NCBI RefSeq assembly: GCF_006345805.1
Contig: NC_043012.1
Location: forward strand, 11,160,001-11,224,000
Reading direction: 5' to 3'
DNA: 64,000 nt
Source: Octopus sinensis
Lineage: Eukaryota
Each line of letters starts with the position of its first letter. Within the stretch, counting starts at the first letter, position 1. Below the pieces are notes generated by a model that was given only the letters and a program-made list of their open reading frames with translations, made no database searches and had not been told where the DNA came from. Below, one piece after another: positions 54,480-64,000 of this stretch. The translations under genes and the position numbers were made by a program.

Positions 54480-54660
54480 CTCAATACGTGTGACGTACCA
54501 GTTAAGACAATCTTTTGCACTTCCTGCATGGATGGTAAGCCAGGGATCATTCTTAAATAATTTTCAATTCCTTTTTTTGATCATTCCAAGTGCTCCTACA
54601 ATCATTGGTATTATAACCGTCTTGAGACGCCACATCTTTTCGCTTTCGATTAGCAAAACT
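54480..54660 (-). mobile_element. R4/Dong-like LINE 3' fragment
   Basis: EKMWRLKTVIIPMIVGALGMIKK...PGLPSMQEVQKIVLTGTSHVL. Confidence 0.75.
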
Positions 54661-55245
54661 TTATTACTTAATTATTTACTGAAAAGTATAGGAGTTGTGG
54701 ATGTGTTGCGATGTTATTCTGACCTCATTAAAGGCAATTAACAGTCAACGCATTCTGTGAATGAATACTAAAATAAATAAATCATTGAGTCTATACACAA
54801 GTCGGTACGTTTATTGGTAAAATCATATAAAATTGTTTCGTGAATAAATCCGAGAATTAATTACGGTGATTTTGTCATAAAATTTATTGTTGTGGTTATT
54901 CATTTTGTATATTTAAGGAATATAAAATAAATGAATTAGATTGATATATATATGTTTAGTTAGCGTATACTTATGCGTGTAAGTGTATGCGTAAGTGTGT
55001 GTGTATATGTGTGTGTGTATGTATGTGTGTGTGTGTGCGTGAGCTCGTAAAGACGTGTATATGTACGTGCTTCAAGTATGTATAATTATAAATGTGCATG
55101 TGTACGCCTGTATATATATGTGTGTGTATGTGTGTAAATGTGTCACTGTATACACTACATATATGTGTATATATATATATATATATATACATATATACAT
55201 ACATATATACATAATACACACACACATATATATATATACTTATAT

Positions 55246-55276
<31 letters not shown>

Positions 55277-55356
55277 AGTACAATTTACAGATATCTATAT
55301 CTATATGTATGTATGTATGTATGTATGTATCTATATATATATGTAAAATATATATA

Positions 55357-55406
<50 letters not shown>

Positions 55407-55899
55407 TACATATATACATACATACAGTGACAACATACACACACACATATATATGGAATATACATGTGTGTGCATGTGTATGTGTGTGTTTGCGTGTGTT
55501 TATATGTATTTATGTGTGTGTGTGTGTGTGTGTGCGTTGAATTGTAGTTATTATTTTAAAGATAGTTTAGAATAAATGTGGAACATTTATTGTGGAACTC
55601 AATATGAGAGTTGAGTGAAAGCTATTGAAAAGCTTGTGCTGACTGAGACATTTTTGCCTGATGACATATTTTACGAGTTCTGGCATATTACATAGTACTC
55701 ATACCTACATACCTACATACATACATACATACATACATACATACATACATACATACATACATACATACATACATACATACTGTTATATCCTTAAGCCTCC
55801 AATATCGTTCTACGGTTGATACTTTCGACGATAAATATAAAAAACACACTAATAGTATTGTAGCAATACAGAATAGAAACAGCAGCAGCACTTCCTATG

Positions 55900-56070
55900 C
55901 AACCGCTGGACCTGGATGCGCATTCATCCATCCGTCGATGCTCTCGGTGTCGGGGGTTGACCTGCTTTCTCTTCTGCGGGTTTTACGAATAGCAAAGAAC
56001 CACGTTTCAGACTTCTCCCATCTTGCGAGCTCTGGGACGAAGACTTTCGCTGAACAGCAACATCAACAGC
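55900..56070 (+). mobile_element. SINE-D tail a only (5'-truncated, or the 3' end of the partner LINE)
   Basis: Matches 23600-23760. Confidence 0.8.
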
Positions 56071-56239
56071 AACAAACACGTAACGAACCAACAATCTTTT
56101 ACAAACTAACAATCAGTATTTCCAACTCACTAACTCGAACTGTAAACTGTACCTGGACTTCGAAGACCAAACTACGAACTATTTTCTTTATTATGAGCAC
56201 ATTGGCTCTACAAAGAAGAGACGGTACAAGGACAGACTA

Positions 56240-56474
56240 AGGGCGGCGAGCTGGCAGAATCGTTAGCACGCCGGGCGAAATGCTTAGCAGTATTTCGTCT
56301 GCTGCTACGTTCTGAGTTCAAATTCCACCGAGGTCAACTTTGCCTTTCATCCTTTCGGGGTCGATTAAATAAGTACCAGTTACGTACTGGGGTCGATATA
56401 ATCGACTTAATCCGTCTGTCTGTCCTTGTTTGTCCTCTCTATGTTTAGCCCCTTGTGGGTAATAAAGAAATAGC
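56240..56474 (+). mobile_element. SINE-C monomer
   Basis: 15-bp TSD TACAAGGACAGACTA at 56225-39 and 56475-89. Confidence 0.93.
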
Positions 56475-57779
56475 TACAAGGACAGACTACACAACACTGT
56501 GGGGAACATGAATCAAATAACGAATGAAATTATGAATATAACGATTTACATAAAAAATGAAATGTCTTACCTGCCCCCGCCCCCCTCCACACACAGGCAG
56601 TATCATTTAACTGTTTATGTATCACATATTAACTTACAGTTTCATTATTCCTTTTTTGCATTATTTTCATTAAAGTCATTATTTAAAAATTTTAAATATT
56701 TCACTTACCTTTATATTAAATATTCTGTTATGTCCTCAAATGCCACCACCGGTGGCAGCTCGTCGTATCGAACCTTGATAAATGCATATATACATATAAA
56801 CACAAATCTCGTGCATACATGCATGCAAGCATGCATGCATACGTACATATATAGATACATACATACAGACAGGCATAGGCAGATATCAACCCGACTAATT
56901 AGCACATTTCAATTACGATCTGTAAGCGGAACAGTAAAAATATGCAAGATTATCTGAAGTTTAATATCTAACATTGTTTTCGTTATCTACATTCCAACGA
57001 CGGTGCTATGTATCTTTAATTATTTAAATTCTTTTTCAGAGGAAGAATTTATTTAATTAAAAACACAAGAAAATATACACATACGCAAACATATATACGT
57101 ATAATCACATATATATCCTCCATCCATCCATCCAGCTAACCATACATACATACATACATACATACATACATACATACATACATACATACATACAAGCATA
57201 CATACATACATACATACATACATACATACATACATTCATTTATTCATCCATCCACCCAACCATACATACAGATACATACATACATACATACATACATACA
57301 TACATACATACATACATACATACATACATACATACATGCATAATTGGCCAGATAATCTATCTTTAGATTCCTACTGAAAGTTTCACCATAATTTGGTTAT
57401 TCACTTCCTGTTTCGTAATCCCGCTACTTGTCTTAAGATACAAATGAAAACACATCTTCGTTTTCATTCTGTTTCAATCGTACACATTTGTTGTTATATG
57501 TTTTATTTTGTATCTACGTGGTTCTCATTCTACACACGTCTATAAAAGCATGAAGAGATTTATTTTGCTTGTTTGATATTTAGTTTTGTTCTTTTATGAT
57601 CAATAACTTTTTCTGTTGGGCAAGACGACCGAAAACATTTGATTTCTTGTTACTTATCGAAGAGGCAACTGTATTTAAAATCAACATTTAATGTAGCGGA
57701 GAATAATTTTTTAAAAATATGTCATTAACTTTTTGTTAAGTTTTCTGTGAAATGTTTTATATATATATATATATATAAT

Positions 57780-58250
57780 ATATAGCCGTCTCTTAAATTG
57801 TTTCTCAGTCTTATCTGCCTTATCACTACCATTTTGGTTAGCATAAAATATCACAGTAACTGCAAATATAACTGATTTCTGCAAGTGCTTTCTGTTGACT
57901 AGCATACACTGGAAATTCCTTTTCCTTATTCAGTTGCTTATGTTCTTGCGATTTAAATTCTTCGTTATTGGCAAAATCTTTTAATGTTTATTTTAAGTCA
58001 ATTTGCTTTAGAGATTTTCCTGTATTTTTGTGCACGGGGAATAGAAACATATTTGACTTATCTGTGTATTTACAGTTATTGGAAACTGTGGGTTATACCA
58101 CAAGGTGTTCCTGTGCCTGCTCCTACTATTAGTATGTGCATGATTAAATTTTTTTTTTTCGAAACCACTATGTACCACTACATCGTTGCATATATCTGCT
58201 ACTCTATTCAAAGGTGTATTCTAAGAATATATGGTGACTGGTTTTAATTA
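57780..58250 (-). mobile_element. Second, unrelated Penelope-like remnant (linker plus GIY-YIG start), highly decayed
   Basis: RHRNTLWYNPQF...VNTQI (compare PLE RxRNIIWFNPP) and KHLQKSVIFAVTV...KTEKQFKRRLY. Confidence 0.6.
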
Positions 58251-58736
58251 TTGTTTATATATAATATTGAATAACTTCGTTTCACGTATAGTTGGTATTT
58301 TTTCCTTCATAGAGTTAAATCTAAGAAATTGAGAAGCTTGAAATAAACACTTTCAATAATTTTTAGATTTAAATATTCGAGTAGTTTGGACTGTTTTTCC
58401 GGAAGCCCTTTTGCATTTCTGGAAATTAATAGACTATCAGAAGATTCCTCACTTAACGGTGTAAAATTTATTCTGAATTGGGTCTAAGATATATATTCCA
58501 ATAATATTTGAAATTTCTGCAAAATCTCCCAGCCCCACCCCTCTCCGTAGTTACATCAAAGAGATCTTCATGAAGTTTGCTCAGAGAAGAGGATCCATTT
58601 CCTGGTTTGCAAAAATATTTACATCATCAGTAACAGATGTATAGAGTTATGCAAAACTTACTTTTCCTGCGCGCGCTCTCACACACACACATCTATGTAA
58701 TTCCTGTTCATCTCACATAAATTAACATGTATTAGA

Positions 58737-60250
58737 CCAGATGTGGGGCAATCTTTTCACTTTGGAAGGCCGCATTAAGTTTGTTGTAATCTAATAAGGC
58801 CGCATTCAAGAAACTTCGATTATTCTTCAAAATTTACTACTGTGTACTAAATAACTTCAAAACAATTTTTTTAACGTGAATTATAAAGTTAACGACCCTT
58901 TTAATAACTTTGTTGTGACTGCTTTTTGTAAGAAAGTATTTGAATGTTTCAGCTGATCCTCTCGAAGAGGCTTTAAGGGTGTCTTGATTTTGGTTGGTTA
59001 GGTGGGAGAATGTAAATTTGCAGCAGTAAGTGGTTGAAAAAGAAGGAAAGCATTTTTCGTGCATGTTGCCGGAAGCATGGATATTCTATTGCATTTTTCC
59101 ATATTTCAGTTGGATCGTTCTTAGCGTCAAATAAGGACTTTAAAATGTCATCTTCTGAGAGTTCAATCAGTTCCATCTGTAGTTTTTCAGGAGCCCTGGA
59201 GACATCAACTAAATGAGGTTGAAATGCTAATTTGAGTGTGATGTCATGATTCTCAAACTCCTTTCGTTGTCTTCTTCAGTTCATAAGTCTATAACGGTTG
59301 CGTATTCTTCAAATGGTTTGCATGAATCCTCTTGTTCTTCAATGGCCTTTGCTACCTGGAGAAAATGTTCATTCAAAATTGCAAAGTGTCATTTAAGGTA
59401 GTAGATTTAGAACAGAGATTTTGCTGATAAAGGACACAATGAAAAGAAATAATAGCATCTGGGTCTGATAATACATTTTTTTTATCTGGGCAATGAACCT
59501 TTCATGTTTTTCTGTCATGGAAGGTGCACCGTCTGTACATACATACACTCATTAAATTAACCAAATTCAGATCAACTTGATCTGTTCCACGTGTTCTACT
59601 CGTCTGAGTGCCCCAAACCGGTAACTCTTCGCTGCAAATGAAATCTTCTGTTATGATCCGAATGAAGTATAAAACCAGCGCTGAGTCAGTAGTGTAAGTT
59701 GATTCATCTAAAGCGATTGAATAATATATATTTTCCGTTTAGAGTATTGTGTGAAGTTGTTCTGTTACGTTGAGGGCTAATTCATGCTACCGCTCAGTTA
59801 TGGTTCTCCCTGAAAGAGGCAGCTGTTTGTTCTTTGAAACCTTATCGGGGTCTAAGCATCTTCAACTTTTACGATTCTTTTACGATTTCCACATCGCTGA
59901 ATGGCTTTCCCTTTTTTCCTGAGTATACAAGCTACTCTGTTAGTCGCGTCAGAGGCAATATTTCTGTGTCTTACCACAGCTTGAAATAACTGGTTTTGCT
60001 TTTAATTACTGCAATGCAACCTTTCGCACCCTTCCCTCTAATCTGAAATATTTGCGATACTTATGAGTGGCATAATGCTAATGAGCATTGAATTTCTTCA
60101 ATGTTGATATTGCAGTATCACAAAGCAGGCAAATCAGCATATCTTTAGCAGACGAAAAAAGAAAACAAAATATGCTGTTCTAAATCCCTATTAAAACCTT
60201 TGTTTTCTTCCACCAACGTTCTTTTGGTTTTCTTTGACATGATGAACTAT
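58737..60250 (-). mobile_element. hAT (SPIN/GTF2IRD2-like) transposase pseudogene
   Basis: ATG at 60240; ICLLCDTAISTLKKFNAH*HYATH, SIALDESTYTTDS, SVCTDGAPSMT, MELIELSEDDILKSLF and STTYCC..FS. hAT-like terminus CAGATGTGGGGCAA near 58737; the other terminus was not resolved. Confidence 0.88.
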
Positions 60251-61038
60251 TAAGCAGACAGAATGAAATAATAATAAATAAATGAAAAAAAAAGAAAAAA
60301 GGAAAGAAAACAGATACGCGAATATGGTCAGGCTGTGTAGCTATTCTCAAATTCTACTTCAAATGGAAAGCCACGTGCACCATTGTCCCGAGCTGATAAT
60401 CACTGGCTCTTGCTAACCAGTTTTGGACAGAAGTGACGTTCTGCTATGTCAGAGGCCTTGCAATGAGGATTACCCACCACATTTCATTTAACAAAGCAGA
60501 GGGTCCTGTCAGAGGGCCCTGGTTGATCTGGGCAAAATGATGTGGACTTCCTCCCCTCTCTGGTGAAGCGGGATCTCAAGGCTTTCCACGATTTTACGTT
60601 AAGTCCACCTCAGTGATCAGAATACGGCCTTCCCTGTATGTATGTGTGTGTGTGTGTGTGTGGTGTGTGTGTGTAAGAAATTGAAATGACAAAGAATAAA
60701 CAATTGTCTTATACACTTCATTGGCTTACAACTGTTTCTGCCACAATATGCAATGCACTCATAGTTGAGTGTTTGAGTATCACCTTATCCCTTCGTGATG
60801 TGCACTTTATTTGGGAAAGCATTTATATTTATGTATATACACAGAAAAGCATTGCCTACGAAAAAACATACACGTATTGGGGAAATGAAATTCAAGAGAT
60901 TGAGATAGAAACCCTTCCCATAATTAAAATAAGAAAGATTTTGAAGAGTGTATAAAGACAGGAATATGAGGAATTTCTCTGATAAGATGTAGAGCGACAT
61001 TGAAAAGAACTGTTAGTAAATACACACACGTGCTCACA

Positions 61039-61082
<44 letters not shown>

Positions 61083-61178
61083 TATATATATATACATACA
61101 TACACACACACATATATATATATATACGCACACACACACATGCATATATATATATATATAATATATATATATATATAC

Positions 61179-61209
<31 letters not shown>

Positions 61210-61829
61210 CACGTATATATACATATATATATATATATACATATTTATATATAGAGAGAGATACATGCATACATGCATACGTAGATAAAGACGCGCGCGC
61301 GCGCATATATACTAGAAAATAGAGAGAGAATGACAAAAGCAGGATTAGAGACAATGAAAGGAGAGAAAAAAACGAGAAAAGAGAGAAATAAAGAATGCAA
61401 ACAGAAAAGGAAAACATAAAAATGCTTATGATGATCATTAAAGATTTTTCTAGATCTCTTCCTTTCCTTTTTCTCTCATTATCTCTGATCCTACATCTGC
61501 CGTTCTATCTCCATTTCCTACAATATACATTTCTTTCCTACAATATACATAAATGTTTCTTTAGACATTTGTTTTTATAATTTCTTTTATTCTGTTTTTT
61601 TTTTGTTCCCCGGCTTTTGCTATTCATTTCAACTCACATCTGCCGTGAGTTAACATGGAAATTCCAAGCGACGACAACGTAGCCTTCATTTAATTAACGT
61701 TTTCTCTGCCTGATGATTAGCTAAGTTGAGTACTCTTCCTTGAGAAATTATTACATCACAGGATCAGCTAGCTAAGAAACATATGTAGCCTCTATTTTAT
61801 ATAATATAATGATGATGATGATGATGATG

Positions 61830-61872
<43 letters not shown>

Positions 61873-61930
61873 TAATAATAATAATGATAATAATAATATA
61901 ATAAAATAATAAATAATAATAATAATAATG

Positions 61931-61988
<58 letters not shown>

Positions 61989-61989
<1 letters not shown>

Positions 61990-62510
61990 TGCCCTGATGC
62001 AGTACCAGGCAGTGGCTCTCATGGCTCTGATCTTAACTGATTGGAAGTGTATTCATGTACATTGTTTTGTCTTGGTATAAAAGATGGGCTACAGCAAATA
62101 TTCTGCTCAATACCACAGATTTGCTTGTCAGTTGTTTGACCTTAACCAGTTGAGCAGTCTCTCAGTGGCTGACGATATGTGCATCTCCGATCAAGAGCAG
62201 AAGTAGTGGGGGCGCATGATAGCCGTGTGTTGAAAAGAATTCTTAGAAGTTTGGATAATTCATATTTGGATACATGGGTGGCTCGTTCAACATGGGCTAC
62301 TCGACCAGAAGAAAATTCTGAATGGATCCCACCTGCAAGGTCATGTACTGTTTAATCTTGATATGAGATCACCATGTCGCACACATATGGTTGTGATGCA
62401 TGTAACTGGTGTACTCTTATCAGACGGGTAGTCATGATGGGTATAATGGGCTTCGTATATTTTACCCCAGTGTCACTTTGATGACATGCACTGCTCTCTC
62501 ACTCAATCAT
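61989..62510 (+). mobile_element. Family H non-coding element flanked by (AAT)n on both sides
   Basis: Starts GCCCTGATGCAGTACCAGGCAG after (AAT)n and ends CTCTCACTCAAT(AAT)n; the 5' part matches 37901. Confidence 0.75.
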
Positions 62511-62512
62511 CA

Positions 62513-62583
<71 letters not shown>

Positions 62584-62587
62584 TAAT

Positions 62588-63037
62588 ATACTCTGGGATA
62601 TGCCGATACACACAGATAGAGAATTAAGGCCAACAGACCAGATATAGTTGTCAGAGATCATGAGAAGAAAATGCTTTCTAATCGATGTATCAATACCAGC
62701 GGATGACAACGTGTCTCTAAAAAAATGGAGAAACTCTCAAAATACAAGACCTGGAATAGAGGTAACCAGAATGTGGAATCTAAAAACAGTAACAATCCCT
62801 ATCATAGTAGGTGCATTAGATGGTGATAAAAAAATATTCAGACAAATACATAACAAAACACCAGGACTTACAAACACATATAACATACAAAAATTGCACT
62901 ACTAGGCACTGCACACATCCTACGCAGAACACTTCCATACAATAACCATCAGAGCATCACAACATCACAGCACCAAGGCACACAGAGCTGCGCTCGGTAG
63001 TGAAGTGAATGCACGCTATAAAAATAAAACTACTGAA
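62588..63037 (+). mobile_element. 5'-truncated R4/Dong-like LINE (RLE domain plus 3' UTR) within (AAT)n
   Basis: ILWDMPIHTDRE..NRPDIVVRD..CFLIDVSIPADDNVSLK..IEVTRMWNLKTVTIPIIVGAL..LLGTAHILRRTL, with single-base frameshifts. Confidence 0.9.
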
Positions 63038-63097
63038 TTATATAATAATAATAATGATGATAATAATAATAATAATATAATAATAATAATAATAATA

Positions 63098-63136
<39 letters not shown>

Positions 63137-63360
63137 GATATATATCTTTTAATGATAGTTCTTTTTACTGTCTATAGAAATGTCTCATATATACCTATCC
63201 ATATACACTCTTTCAAATGTATCTTCTTTTAATTATGGGAGGGTTTTACCGTTCATTCTCCCCCACCATTCGTATATGTTTTTTTTTCCTTTGGCAATGC
63301 TATTCTGTGTATGCATATAAATATAAATATTTTCCCAAATAAATTGCACTTCGTGTTTGA

Positions 63361-63441
63361 AGTTCCGATGAAGCGATAAGATGATACTCAAGCACTTTAT
63401 TACGAGTGCATTCCATATTATAACCGAAATAGCTGTAAGCT
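63361..63441 (+). ncRNA. Degenerate type I hammerhead-like motif, U4C variant, long stem II
   Basis: AGTT-CCGATGA-A-[53 nt including a GCACT/AGTGC hairpin]-GAAA-TAGCTG-TA-AGCT; the base of stem II is poorly paired. Confidence 0.5.
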
Positions 63442-63575
63442 AATGAAGTTCATAATTGTTTATTTCCTTTTCATCTCAATTTTTTATTAGTGCGCGGCAC
63501 CCAACTATCACTTCGTTCTGAAGCAAATGCATACCAAGTTCTAACACCAGGTTATTAGCATCGCACTGCCTAGGC

Positions 63576-63614
<39 letters not shown>

Positions 63615-63930
63615 TATATATTATATATATATAGGTACAGCAATGTAACTGCACACGTGCTGTTGGCGATTTCTTTTTCTTTCCTATTCTCCTTGCCGAT
63701 AAGAGCTGTGCTCAAAATATCAAAAACTCATTGTGCTCGTTATCTCATTATTTGTTATTGCTAATTTTAATGTTCATTCATTTGAATTCACTATATATAA
63801 ACACACACAGATAGAGAGAGTGAGAGATACATACATACATACATACATACATACATACATACATACATACATACATACATACATACATGTATGAATAGAT
63901 ACGTAGATAGATAAATAGATAGAGAAATAA

Positions 63931-63992
<62 letters not shown>

Positions 63993-64000
63993 TTATGTGT

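Overview
This is a repeat-saturated, AT-rich eukaryotic window. The SINE families and microsatellite load are typical of an octopod cephalopod (inference, not verified). Almost every ORF in the supplied track is either a microsatellite reading frame or a decayed transposon fragment. The transposon remnants are Penelope-like elements (PLE), RTE, R4/Dong-like and CR1 LINEs, mariner, hAT, Chapaev3-like, Merlin-like MITEs and a non-autonomous Helitron. Three phase-compatible plus-strand exon candidates (1816-1946, 28857-28896, 31926-32060) suggest much of the window is intronic to an unidentified gene. The most interesting signal is RNA-structural: at least five distinct hammerhead-ribozyme (HHR)-like motifs in unrelated non-coding repeats. 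One sits in a tRNA-derived SINE present as a head-to-head palindrome (19365-20030), and another in a 301-nt terminally redundant unit (27190-27524), alongside PLE RT/GIY-YIG remnants. This points to a PLE-mobilised retrozyme/SINE-ribozyme system. Family labels SINE-A, C, D, F and H are my own working names. Coordinates of decayed elements are approximate (about +/-20-50 bp), and all alignments were done by eye.
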